NCBI RefSeq assembly: GCF_009834535.1
Contig: NC_045697.1
Span: 98,520,001 to 98,584,000 of the forward strand
Length of the DNA stretch: 64,000 nucleotides
Reading direction: 5' to 3'
From: Camelus ferus
Lineage: Eukaryota
Shown here: in pieces, positions 51,481 through 64,000 of the stretch
Layout of the letters: each line of letters begins with the position of its first letter
Numbering within the stretch: the first letter of the stretch is position 1
Position numbers and translations under genes: made by a program
Notes under the pieces: model-generated
What the model saw: the letters and a program-made list of their open reading frames with translations, nothing else
What the model was told of the DNA's origin: nothing
The model's database searches: none

Positions 51481-53353
51481 CCCCATTTTAAAAATGAAAA
51501 CTGAGGCACAGAGGACATGAGAGACTGTTGCAGGAAAAAAAGTCGTGAACTGGTGAAGCCAAAATTTGAACCCAGGTCTGTCCAGAACCTGAAAGTTTAA
51601 CCACCAACACAAACTGTCTCTTATTATTTAAAAAAAGAACTATTAATGGAGTTGTATGTTCAGAAAGAGAACAAAAGTGAGGTTTCAGTTGTCTCAATAT
51701 GTTTTTATGAGTTTGACATAAAAGTGTAAAGATAACGTTTGAGTTCCGTCAGACTCGTTTTCATAATAAAAATCTCAAAGTAACGGTAAGAAGTACTGAT
51801 GGGAATTCTGTGAGGCTGGTCTGTAAGGGCTCAGTTCAATTAACCTGTGCTGTCCCCCTCGGTTATAGTGCTTTAGGGCAAGTACTCCAAGAGTTCTGCG
51901 CGGTCCTTGCTTTCAATAAGCATATACCCTAATTAGGAAGGGCCTGCAATCTGCACATGAAATGTGGAAGGATCAAAATTTGAAACAAACATCCTAACTA
52001 TACTAAGGAACTGTCTGAAAATAGGAATGATGCTAACTTACCAAATCATTCATTACTAGCAACACTCTTAATTAAAATTTTATTTCAGAGGTAGATCAAT
52101 GATGATGGCTAGAGTTAATAAAGGTCAGGTGAACACTGGTTTCTGTTTCGGATCCACATGGATTCCTTTTTCTTTCCCAGGGACGGAGCCTCAGGCATGG
52201 TCCACACCAATCTGCACCCTACCCCCTAGCCAAGACAACAGACTCAGACAAGAGTGCTGCAGGCTAAGAGTGATTCTCAGGACTTTGGTTGGAAGTCTAG
52301 GATAAAGTTCTTATCTCTTCCTCTGAAAAGTGTGAAATAGAGTCATTTTTGTTATCACAAGGAAAGCCAGAGGGAAACAGAACTTAAATTTTTTTAAAAA
52401 ACAGAACAAAAAGCATAGCTCATGTCCTGTTGATTTCATGATGACAATGATGCCTTAAGATCAACCTCATACCAAGCCCAGTTTACCTCCAGGCAACTCA
52501 GTGATGTGGGCCAATAGCATTTCTTTATTATCTGAGAGAATCTGAGAAAACTTCTGTGGTTTGAAATCAAGAACTTCTAGGGGAGATTTCATGAGGGTGT
52601 TAGTGTTTGACTGGACCTGAAGGACATATGGGAACTGGGTGATCTGTCGGTGGGGAGAACACTCCAGGAAAGAAGCCTGATCCGAGCAAAGGCAGGAATG
52701 CCCCTGCGGTGCTGACCCCCATCTTGTAGAATCTGCCTTCGAGGTGTGGCCGTACTCAGAGAGCCACTGTGCTCCATTCCTGGTCACCGAGCTGCCAATT
52801 ACTCATCCCTATTTCTTATTGTTTAAACTGATCAGAAGCGCCTACCAATTCTCTCTTTTCTCCCCTCCACTTCTATGGGTTCTCTTCCTTGCTATTCTCT
52901 CTCCAGCAAATAACAGACTCCAGCATTTCCCTCAGGCATCAATCAAGACGCTCAACTTCAAAACATGTTAATCACTTAACATGCAGGCTCTCCAAAAGGA
53001 GCCAAGTGCAGCACCCATCCTGACTATTTCTCCCACTTCAGCCTGTTCCATGGGAACCTCTTTCCAACCAGGCGATCATAATCCAATTTACAGATTGACC
53101 CAGTCCTGAAACTGGTTACAATTAACTACGTAAATTCAGTATTATTGCAATTTATTTTCACTTTGTACCTAAGGTTTGGATTTATTCTAAACAGAAAGCA
53201 AGTCCTATGCCAGATGGTCTGGCAGATTTGCCTTTAGGACCTGTAAGCTGATATTGATTAAGCAGCAAAAGTCATTCAGCTCACTTAAGAAGTAGTTCAG
53301 CTTTTGACAGCTGATGGCACGGAGAAGGAGGAAAAGCGAGATCCAGTTTTGAG

Positions 53354-53944
53354 TGTTACCTATTATGTGTAACAACATTACCACACCTTAGTAGCTTTAA
53401 AAAGACAAGCATACATTTATCATCTCACAGTTTCTGTGAGTCCGGAGTCTGATCACAGCTTACCTGGGTCCTCTGCTCTGTGTCTCACGAGGCTACAATC
53501 AAGGTGCTGATCCAGGCTTCAGTCTCATCTGAGACTAAGCTGGGGAAGGATCTGGTTTCAATCTCACTTAAGTTGTCGGCAAAACGCAGCTCCTTGTGGT
53601 TGTAGGACAGTGAGCTTTCATTTTTTGCTGGATATCGGCTGGAGGCAGCCCTCAAATTCCACAGGCCATTTGCACCTCCTTAACACATGTGGTTCCCCAG
53701 TGTGGCTTCTGGCTTCTTTAAAGCCAGCAAGGGAGAGAGACTCCAGCAAGATGGGAGCTACAATACTATGTAACAGGGTCCTGTAATCACATACACATAA
53801 CCTCATACAGCCTGTCACCTCAGCCACGTTGTGTGGGTTAGAAGAATGTCGCAGGTCCTGCCCACACTCAACAGAAGAGCGGTCAGTAAGGGTCTGAACA
53901 CGAGGAGGTGAGGGTTATGGGGGAATCACCTCAAGTCTGCCGCA
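53354..53944 (-). mobile_element. MaLR solo LTR (MLT1E/F-like), antisense
   Basis: tgtgtaacaacattaccac...catttatcatctcacagtttctgtgagtc...caatcaaggtg...gtcctgcccacactcaa. Confidence 0.8.
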
Positions 53945-54099
53945 AGGTGAGAGAAGACTTCATCTAAAATTAAATTTAAAATGTCTCCTTATAAATATTC
54001 TAGCTTAGTCTTACTGATTGAGACAACCACTTTCCTATCAAGCTCCTGGTTGAAATCAATCAAAGAACACCAACAGTAGTTCGATAAGCACCCACCTTC

Positions 54100-54930
54100 C
54101 CCAGATGCCCGGGTGTCTACCTCACCGCAAGCCCCACACCGAGGTCTGCTCCGCCAGCTCCCTTCAACAGCTCCGCCCTCACCAGCGCACTGGTAGCAAT
54201 GGGGTTTGTTTGCAGGCGTAGGGGAGAGTGCAGCTTTCTTCCTGAGCCCGCTCACGGGGGGATGCATTTGTGTGTGTCCGTGTGTGGTACTAAACTCCAA
54301 GGCCTAGTAACAGAGATGATAGATCCCCACTGAAGAAAAATGACGGTCAGAATAAGAAAACGAGGCCAATTTGTCACTTAATACAAAGTCTGATTGTGCT
54401 GCCCAAGAACAGCCTGGCACTGGGATTGATTACAAACAAGATGACACTTCCCTGTGGGCTGCCTCGCGCGTTATTATAAATAAATACCATGCGTTTTAGC
54501 AGCTGCGTGACTGCGGACGACAGATGATACCTCCGCGCCTCAGGAATACGGCCGACATCCCAGGGAGCGCAACGACACTTCTCGCCCCGCAACAGGCGCT
54601 TTGCCTCATGTAACACCGTTTCATAAATAAAATAAGGCTAAAGCAGAGCGCCATGAGAACAGAAAAGGAACACAGAGCTGGACTGATCGGGATTCATCTC
54701 CTTGCAGGGCAGACTTCAAGGCGCGGTAGCATTTAGTTGCAAATGGCCTCGGGCCGCTCGGGCCGGCCGCTCAGCAGCGGTGCGTTTGTGATTGTCCGCC
54801 TGCGGTGAGGCCCCAGAGAAGCACTTGACTCCTGGGAGCACTTCCTGAAAATCAGAGCGCGGTTTTCAAGATGGAAATAAATCTATTGGCTTTTCCAAAT
54901 ATCTCCTTACCCGCGCCCTGATGCTTCCAA
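54100..54930. promoter_or_regulatory. CpG-enriched unique segment (weak CpG island or candidate enhancer)
   Basis: Visibly dense CpG (cgcgcg, ccgcgcc, ggccggccgc) against a CpG-poor background; no repeat recognised. Confidence 0.5.
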
Positions 54931-55196
54931 ATCTGTCGTGCTAGGGTTTTCAAGTAAATTAGTTATTTTAACGAGGAGTATAGAACGACTGTTTTTCTAC
55001 TTATTTCCCTATGACTGGTTTCAGTACGGGGTTGAATATGATCTCCCTGTGAAGAATGCGTTTTTTCATTTCCATGCCAATCGTCTCGTGTTCTATCTTC
55101 CTCTCTACTTCTCAACATTCTCCTATCTTTTCTCTTTCCGTCTTAAACAGAGACAGGCACCGGGAAGGCACGTCGCCTCCCTTTTTGGTGTAACAT

Positions 55197-55215
55197 CAGC
55201 GCCCTCTGCTGGCCT
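55197..55215 (-). promoter_or_regulatory. Strong CTCF motif
   Basis: Reverse complement AGGCCAGCAGAGGGCGCTG closely matches the CTCF core; TGCA-like upstream module nearby. Confidence 0.7.
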
Positions 55216-56255
55216 AAGTGCAAACAACTCAGCATCCAGACAGGTTCAGACCGGATGTGCAGGTTGGAAGAAAACATTCAGACGTTCTCCCTTCTCTGGG
55301 CAAACACTGCAAGTATTGTTGAAATGAATAATTTATTAAACCACAGTTGTTTATTGACTGCCCTTTCATTATTTACTTTTCGGTTATTAAACATACTCGG
55401 CGAAGCGCCTGGTGTCAGCCCTTACTCGACTTGTAGCTTCTTTCAGAGCCAGTGATGTTCCCAGCCCCCTCGCTTCTCTCCACACGAGACATTTTCGATC
55501 TCTTTTGTCAGGTCAGGGTCAAACTACAGTTGTTCTGTGATGACTTTATCAATTCTCAGTTGATAGACTCGAAATGAAAAAAATGCCTACTGCTGCCTCC
55601 TCGCTGCTTAAGAAGGAGAGTTATGTGCGTAATGTTCTGTCAGTCCAGCAAGATCTGTGACAGACGCGAGGAGTCAGGTGAAATAAGGAAAAGATGTTTT
55701 TAATGCCTTTTATTAGACTTTCCTTCCTTATATCAAGGAGCAGATGACATCAATCCTAAGCCATCCTAAACCCAAACAGGCAAGGGAGGAAACGTCCCCA
55801 ACCCCATTGTGAACTGAGGTAATAAGCCAGACCTGCTTTAAGTAAACATGCTAATGATCTCCCTTCACCTTGAAGTGATTCAAAGTCAAAAGCACCGGGT
55901 GCAGGTGGGAGGGAGCCCTTTCCCCAAGAAGAAAATTCTCTGACTCCAGGTTTGAAGGGACACATCAGTGGGTACCCAGAGGAGCCTCTGCTTTTGAAGG
56001 GCAAACACTTCCAACCATCTAGAATTTCAGAAATACATGCTGTAAGCCCTAAAAAATGAATACATAAATAAGGCTCAAGGCAAAGAAGGAAACAGAAACT
56101 CTCAAAAATGAGTAGGAAATTTCATTCTAAAGCCCATAGTTTAAAAATGTGATTAATACTGATACTATACACAAGCACAAGAAAGCCGTCATGCCTCCTT
56201 CTCCCCACCACCCCCTCCTCTCTGTCCTCCTGAAATACAGCAAGTTTCCTTTCCA

Positions 56256-56622
56256 TCTAAAGAAAAAAGAAAAAAAACAAAAACAAAACAAAACAGGACA
56301 CAAACGCATTTACAAAACAGAAACAGATTCACAGATATGGTAAACAATCTTATGGTTACCAGGGGAAAGGGGATGGGTCGGAAGGGATAAATTTGGGAGT
56401 TTGAGATTTGCAAATGTTAGCCACTATGTATAAAAATAGATTTAAAAAACCAAAAAACAAATTTCTTCTGAACAGCACAGAGAACTATTTTCAATATCTT
56501 GTAATAACCTTCAATGAAAAAGAATATGAAAACGAATATATGTATGTATATGCATGACTGGGACATTATGCTGTACACTAGAAATTGACACATTGTAACT
56601 GACTGTACTTCAATTTAAAAAA
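56256..56622 (+). mobile_element. 5'-truncated L1 3' UTR, relatively young
   Basis: Perfect 14-bp TSD aagtttcctttcca at 56242-56255 and 56623-56636. Confidence 0.95.
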
Positions 56623-56929
56623 AAGTTTCCTTTCCAAAACTCATTAGAGATTTATGTTTGAATGCAGTGAGACCTGTTACCAAATGTTGCCCCCCAAAAT
56701 TGTTAATAAAATTAGAACTGTCATCAAATTATTCCTTTCTTTCCCTCAAACTAAATGTGATTTTCAACCCTTGATATTTTCTCTCCCAACACTAATATTT
56801 GCAGGCTGAGCGTCTGGAGGTTGGGAGGACCCGCCAAGGGGTAGTGGAGGAGGGTGTCAGGGAGGGACCCTACCAGCAGGTTCACATAAACCAAAGCATT
56901 GGATCAACTAGTCTGTAAGATAGAGTACA

Positions 56930-57160
56930 TTTCAATGGTTAAGAGCAAGGAATTTGAAGTGGCTCTGACCTTCTGACCCAGGTCCCAGTGGTGGTTTTGC
57001 CAGGTAATCAGCCGTGTGACTTGAACATGTCTCATAAATTGACTAAGCTTCAGGCTCCTTGTTTGTAAAATAAAGTGATGCTTCTTCATTCATGAAATTA
57101 AATAGGAGCATTAATAATGTCATAAACATAAAGTACTAGCACAAATAAGGGTGCAGGAAA
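56930..57160 (+). mobile_element. MIR SINE
   Basis: atggttaagagcaagg...gtgtgacttgaaca...cttcaggctccttgtttgtaaaat. Confidence 0.6.
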
Positions 57161-57439
57161 TTTGCAATGTGTATAAGGGACCCTTCACTTCCTATTTTTA
57201 CTCTCTTATTTCCATTCCAAATACCAGTCAAGAAAAGGATTGTCTCATGTTTCAACTTCCTAAATCCTGCCTGCCTTCATTTATCCAGCAATCATTTATT
57301 GACTCCTTACTATGTTCCAAGTGGTATTCTAGGGTCCAGCTACTCAAATATGAAAAACAGAGTCTTCACCCTCTAGGAAGAGAACACATAAATTAATTAT
57401 CTATATAATAAAATTTAGTCTCTATTTGTCTCTTCATAA

Positions 57440-57813
57440 TGTCGAACAGTAATCAGTATCAAGGCTACAAAGAACAAAGGGCTTTCGTTGGGGTCTTAAG
57501 AATGGCAATTTTGCAGACACAGATTTGGGTAAAACTGAAAGACGTTCTGGAGAAGAAAAGAGTCAGGAGTATATAAAGACAAAAGTCAGGAGCCTGTACT
57601 CTGACACAAGAAAAGAAATATTTGTCCTTAAAGGATGGTTGTCATGAGTTGTTTTAGGGGAAGTGTCTGATAAGTATCTTGAGTTTCTGGCATTAAAAGG
57701 TCAGATTCCACCCAGGCTGAGACATGCGTACGTCACACTTCCTCAGTGGCCTCCTGGCTTATTTTGGAGAGCTCTCTTAGCAATACCAACTCCATTTTGA
57801 TTTTCCTTTCACA
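57440..57813 (-). mobile_element. ERV1-class solo LTR, antisense
   Basis: Reverse complement begins tgtgaaaggaaaatcaaaatggagt (similar start to the 40249 LTR) and ends ttcgaca; no clean TSD. Confidence 0.7.
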
Positions 57814-60800
57814 GTCATTGGCACCAGAATAGTTGATGTCATATCTGGCAGTGTGGCATAGATAAAATCCACTTTGGGGGAGGGTATTTAGGAGTAGGAA
57901 GGAACAAGAATTTTTTTTTTTTTACATACAAAGTAATATAACAAATCATTCATTCAGAGTAACACAGAATGCTGAAAGTTTAAATTTATAAATCTATGTA
58001 TTCTGAATGTTACCATAATTTTACGAATGGTAAAGGAGCCCCAAAATGCTCATAATTTTTTTTCTTGCATTTGTCCATTTTAACTGTCCTGTTTTTTTCC
58101 CCTGTGAAGTCACATAAAAAATCACGCTCAGGAGAAAAAAAATGTCATCTTGAATATACATAAATTTAGATCTTCACCAGCACAAGCTATGAAAATTTGA
58201 GTACTTCGAGAGTCTGAATCTATTTTTTTCTCTGTTGTGTCCCCAGTTCCTAGTCCAAAATCCAACACAGAGTAGGTGCTCAGTGGATCTTTTCTGACAG
58301 AAAGAAGTAACAACATGAGGACTGATCAAGGCCCTTGTCAGGAAGCACCCACACAGGCGCCCAGAGGCCAGAGAACCTCGTGCCCTCCTGAGTACCTGTA
58401 GGTGGGCCGCATCTTCCCAGAAGCTGGAACCAGGGCAAGAAGACACCCAGGGGAGGAACCCAAGGGGATAATCTGGAGGTGCCTGAAGAGACTTGCCATT
58501 TATGCCACAAGGAGAAAATACAGATAGAATTTCAAATGAGCCCCAAATTGATTATTATGAATTTAATATTTGTTCACAATCCAAAATTCATCTCAATAGT
58601 CAAGGCCTAAAATAGAGAGGAGAGTTGAAAGGATAGCCTGTTGCCATGATAAACTCAGAACCAATTCTGACCTCACCATCCAGAACCCAGCATTTTAAAA
58701 ATAGCAACAGAGCCTAAGAGTACATTTATAAAAGATGCAGGCAGACAAGAGAAAGCAGTAATTAGCCCCTGGATCCAGTGGTTCCCTCAAATGACCTCCC
58801 TTTGCTTCCAAATGTCTGCAGAGAGCAAGTGTGTCCTCTCTATCCGAGCAAAGCAGACACACAGATTTGCACTCACTGATTTTTGATCAGGTTGCTTCCT
58901 ACAGGGCCTCCCCTACCAATACTGATTTGTATGCATTTCCAGCTAACAGAATGAAAAATGTAGTATGTAAAGAAGTTTTATTACTATGTTGGAAATTATT
59001 ACAACTCTGAATTAATTATTATAATTTTAGAAAAATCACTACAATTGAAATATTTCTTTCTTATCTTTCCATTAAACTTTGACAATGATTAATAATTGTA
59101 CTGGCAATGCAGGTAATACAGTTAGTTACAAAAAAAAAAAAAGGCAAATGCAATGGTTGAATTATGTGGAGGTTATTATGGAAGCTGCAAAGAGAGTCCT
59201 GAAGGCAGTTTGAGGGGCAGAGTGGGGAGAGGCAGTTTTCTTGGAAGACTCAGTTGAGCCTTAAAGCTTACCCTCCCCCCACTCCAGCTCCTCCTTTCCA
59301 TTTGTATCTGCATACACACATATATGACCATTTTGAAAGGAATGAATAAATCTGGACCCTGAATATGTACAAATCCAAGAAAGGTACTTTGTAATTGAGT
59401 CCTTCCAAGCACTTCAAAGACCTCTCTGTTGTCACATGGAAGCAAACAGAATGACCAAATAATCGATTTTCAAAATATTTTTCTATTGTGGAATATTTTA
59501 AAATATTTTCAGAGCTAAACAAGAGAAAAATGAGGATGAGGGGGAGAGGAAGAAGAAGGAGATAATTAAGTCCCCCAGCAGAAAGGAGCTGGAAATATTT
59601 CTTTATACAAAGAAACTTTCTTCCCATAAATGCATGAAATTTTGTTCCCATAAATGTATCTGTCCACCCTGCTCAGAATTTACGGAGAGCCCATCATCAT
59701 AAACCCAAGCACTTTTCATTATTTTTATCAGAGAAATGGAGCATGCTTACACTGGTAAGTGTTTCGAAGTTTCCTGAGCAATGATGTCAACTGCAAGAAG
59801 GTGTTATAATGTCCCCTACCTTTCTCCCTGGTCCCTAAGACACTCTCAGGACAATCGAGAATGCTGGGAACGGATCAGAACAATGGGAGGTTGAGAAAAA
59901 TGGTGGCTGAATGTTGATAAGTTCCCTACAAACGAGACTCATGTCGTATTTTCAAAACTACGGCTCACTCAAGCAGCAGCAAAAGAATGTTTGATGAGCT
60001 TGGACAGAGTGAAGTAATACGATTGTCTGACCATGGTCTGGGCTTTCCTCTGCACCTTCTGTAGGGATCCATTAAAGAAACAGGAACTGGAAAGAGAAGC
60101 TCAGTGTGTGTTGAATGTCAGTTACTATTACTTTTTATGAAGCTCTGCTGAAAGGCCTTGGGTATAGACTGGCATATAACAAGGTAAGTCCATAAATAAA
60201 TAATCGCCTGCATTCCAGGGTTATTTTCTTCAGCCCTTTCTGTGAACTTGCTGAGACCCAGGTTACAAGAGAGATTCTCTAGACAGAGTAACAGGTACTT
60301 GTTGCTGTGCCAACGTGCTAAACAAAACAAGAAAGATTTGTGGCTTCTGTCTCGGAGATCTTGTGGATGAGGGTAGTAGAGCCTTCACTTGTTGGTCAGG
60401 GGCGGGGTGAAGAACACTCAAATCCCCCTTGCCTCAGTGTTTGCTTCTCAGTACTTTTATGGCTGGTTTCGTTCTGATTTGGAAAGTCAGTAAGACTAGG
60501 AGCCTCTACAGGCAAGTGACAGGATATGAGAGGCCACATATGGCCTTGCTTATAATAAGCCATGCTGATCTATGTGCCACTGGGGGAGAATGTTTGGGAA
60601 CCAAAACACAGACTTCCAAACAAGTGATAATAGTGCCTTATGCTTGCATAGTGTCTTTTTTTTCTGGATGCTTCTTCAAGCATTTTACAAACTTGTATAA
60701 AGGGTCCCTCACCAGTCATTGGGATGCAGTTGTATCTAGGGTCAAATAAAGACAGCAGCTCTGCCGGAAAGTGAATATGTTTTCAGGAAGAAAGTTTATT

Positions 60801-61206
60801 TTGTCTGTGTGCTTACGAAATTCTCTAATTTTTCTTTTTTGGGGGGCATTTCTGTGCCGCTAGTGGGTACAGGGCTTAGGACTATTCCAATGCAAGCAAG
60901 CTGGGGAATGACCTGCTGCCCACATCCTTCCCTGCCCCTACAGATATAATTCAAGTGAGTGAAAATGCATTAAGTTAAATGCCTTAGCCAATTGGAGATA
61001 AGTATGAAGGTGTGGGGGCAGAGTTAGGGTGCAGAGAGGACCATGTTCTGTGGAGAGATGAGATGGTGTTGTAGGCTAATTATAAGTCTCAGGCCTTTCT
61101 TACCAACAGCTGGCAGAGCCAGAGTCCCTTCTTCTCCCCAGCAGCCCACATCCCTAAACCATAGCCCAGGCCCAGCTACCAGCGGGAATTAGTATGGGGT
61201 CCCCAA

Positions 61207-61306
61207 AGGGCCAGCTTCATGGGCTGCAACCTGTCACCCAGGGCCCCCAACTCAAAAGGGCCTCACACTTGATTTTATGCTCCATTGTTGCCATCTTAAA
61301 ATCCCT
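61207..61306. mobile_element. MER91-like hAT-Tip100 fragment
   Basis: agggccagcttcatggg...cagggccccc...gccatcttaaaat resembles the MER91 5' end. Confidence 0.6.
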
Positions 61307-61570
61307 ATAGAAAACAAATTTAGGGTTACCAAAGGGGAATGGGTGAGGGAGGAATAAATTAGGAGTTTGGGATTAGCAGATACACACCACTATACATAAA
61401 ATAGATAAACAACAAGGCCTTACTGTATAGCACAGGGAATTATACTCGATATCTTACATAAATCATAATGGAAAAGAATATGTGTATATATATACACATA
61501 TGTAAGTGAATCACTGTGCTGTACACCAAAAACTAACACAACATTGTACATCAACTATACGTCAGTTTAG
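61307..61570 (+). mobile_element. L1 3' UTR fragment
   Basis: atagaaaacaaa...ggttaccaaaggggaa...taggagtttgggattagcagatac...caactatac. Confidence 0.9.
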
Positions 61571-62447
61571 ATTGAAAGATAGGCAGATAGATAGATCTCC
61601 AAGCTGGAAATCAATCAAATCAACCAAATATCAATAAATCACCTAAACATGACTATTGAAATCTCTGGATGATAGAACTATGAGTGGGGTATATATTCCT
61701 CTGTGTGCTTATCTATATTTTCCAAATTCCTACTTTTATAATGAGAAAAAGTTCTTTATTAAGACAGAGTAATCACTCTTTAAACACCTGCAGAATAAAT
61801 GGATTCAATTTATTTTCCTATATAATTCTCCTGCTTTGAGGAATCTCTAGACATGTAAAATTGTAATTTGGGAAGGAAGAGTTTTAGGTGTAATTCAAAC
61901 TCAGTCTCATTGAGACCCAAACAAGAACACCAAGAATTGCCTCCAAACATCATCACACACACAGACACATACACGTGAAAAATGAACGTGTCATCGTCTA
62001 AACATGAGTCATGTGAGGTTAAATCATGGTTTAGGAATAATGGTTTGGGGTCAGTCACAGGTAACCCAGTCTCACCAAAGGCCGAGACCCATTTGAGTAC
62101 CCTCTTAAATTCAGAGCACATAAACATAAAAATATAAAACACATGATTTTTTGGTAAAACCTCACAGTTTTTGTGCACCTGTGTATGCACACACATGCAC
62201 GTGCAAAGTAGACCTCAAAGGTCTGGCAAAATAGATAACACATCACTCATAAATGCAGTACATCTTTGAGAGATGCGCTGTGGGTCCAAGTACAGCTGGC
62301 CCGCAGACTTCTAGGAAATAGCGTCAGGTCACACTTGAAATTTCAGGCCTCTACTTTAAACTGTCACCTTTATTTTTGTCATTTTGGGGATATTGTTCTT
62401 TGGGGAATGCTGGGGATGAGAGTTATTTTAAGTTAAGATCTAAAAAG

Positions 62448-63029
62448 CTTTACTGTATAGCACAGGGAGCTATATTAAATATCTTGTAATAACCTATAAT
62501 GGAAAAGAACCTGGAAGTTATATTTATATGTATATGTATTGTGAAGGAAAAGCCGGGCTGGTCTAACAAGATAACTCGCAAATCTAAGTATTGGAATGCT
62601 GATCTGAGTTCTGCTGGACTAACTTGTAAATCTAGGTTAATTAGTGTTGGTTTGCTGTTTATGTTTTTTGCTAGCCAGCTGGGTTTTCAAAGACACATAT
62701 CTGGCTTTGGAATGTTGGTTTGCTGCCTCCACGCCTCCACTTTTGTGATGATAATGTTGCTAAAGCTGTTCCATGCCTATTGGCCTAATACCCTAAGCTT
62801 GTACTTTACCCTATAAAACCTCATGCGCACGTCTTGGAGGTGCTCAGAGCTTCGGAGCAGAAGCCCCTCTGAGCCCGCCGGCATAATACATCTGAGTACT
62901 CCAACCCTCCGAGTGGTGCTTGTTTCTTGACTGGCCTGTCGTTTCCGTAACAGTATAACTGAATCACTTTGCTGTACATCCAAAACTAACACAACATTGT
63001 AAATCAACTATACTTCAACTTTTTTAAAA
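62448..63029 (+). mobile_element. Short L1 3' end split by a solo LTR
   Basis: tactgtatagcacaggg...tatgtat | LTR | gtataactgaatcactttgctgtac...; TSD atctaaaaag at 62438-62447 and 63030-63039. Confidence 0.9.
62540..62952 (+). mobile_element. Young ERV1-class solo LTR
   Basis: tgtgaa...taaca termini; exact TSD gtat (62536-62539 / 62953-62956); TATA cctataaaa at about 62810; CpGs retained. Confidence 0.92.
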
Positions 63030-64000
63030 ATCTAAAAAGTTTAAGTTACTTAACATGAAAAGCAGTTCTGGAACTCTTGACCAGTTCAAATACCCAAGGT
63101 TGACCAAAGCCATCAAAAGCAGTATCACCAGCAAATCACCAAGATGCTCCTTCTTTCCCTTTGCAGTTTTGAAAGCGTAAAGAAATTTTGAAATTTAGGG
63201 AGCATCTGTGGTGTAAAAGTCATGAGAGAGTTTAAACAAAACAATACCACGTGGACTTGCCCTGTTCACCAGCTCCGAGAGAACCACTCTTTAGTCAACC
63301 TTCAGGAATAAAAGGGGATGTGGCAATCACCAACGAAACACTGCTTATTGCTCCAGCCTAAACAACCTGGAAATAAAGAACTTCCTATCATAAGTCAATT
63401 ATATTTCAATTAAAAAAAAAAAAGAAGGTAAAAAGAGAAGAGTTTCCTTCATGCATCATTGATTCTCTACGTTTCCTTCACCTGGGTAATCCAATTAAAA
63501 AGTCCACACGTATGTTTCATGATTGAAAATGCCAGTTAAATCCAGAAAATGAAATTAAGTCAGTGATGCTTCCTTCACATTCAAAGGGTCTTTTCAGATG
63601 GAAATGGTGTTGAGAGGACTGGGTGTGGGAATTCCCTACATCTGCAGGAACAGATTCAAATGCTGACACCCATCTACAGTTCCGCCCTCTGCTGAGGAAA
63701 CCACTTCAGAGGCAGCCGATTTCAGTCCAGCCTCGCACCTGCACACACCCCCGGGCCATAGGGCTGGAAAAATAAAAGATTGCCACCAGTTTTATTCCTC
63801 TTTCCTCTAATGAGTTTTGAAGGGTTTATTTTTACCAAAGAAACAATGAATGCCTCTTGCATACTGTGTGTGTGGGGCTGGGGGGAGATGTCCTATCTGG
63901 AAGTAATTGAAAATATGTTTTGCAGCCACTTACAAACTCTTTTCCAAAGAGCCTCCTTTTCTAATTAACTCACAATGCTTAGCTCTGAAATTCACTGGGT

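Overview
Mammalian, repeat-rich, apparently non-coding DNA (intergenic or deep intronic). The tRNA-Ala-derived SINEs resemble the camelid vic-1 family and the L1 3' UTRs look cetartiodactyl, so a camelid source is likely (inference). I can recognise no host protein-coding exon, and the ORF track is mostly noise from repeats and low-complexity sequence. The main structure is a decayed class I (ERV1, MER4-group-like) provirus at 40249-44992. It has two LTRs and gag, protease and integrase relics, appears to have lost RT/RNase H and env, and carries a SINE insertion. Also present are solo LTRs (three with 4-bp TSDs, one of them nested in an L1 3' end), many 5'-truncated L1 3' ends almost all on the + strand, MaLR LTRs, hAT MITEs, MIR/L2 relics, a near-perfect 83-bp tandem duplication, two strong CTCF-like motifs and several CpG-enriched or homeodomain-site-rich unique segments. 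I see no convincing novel biological system. Repeat family names come from recall of consensus sequences, and boundaries without TSDs are approximate.
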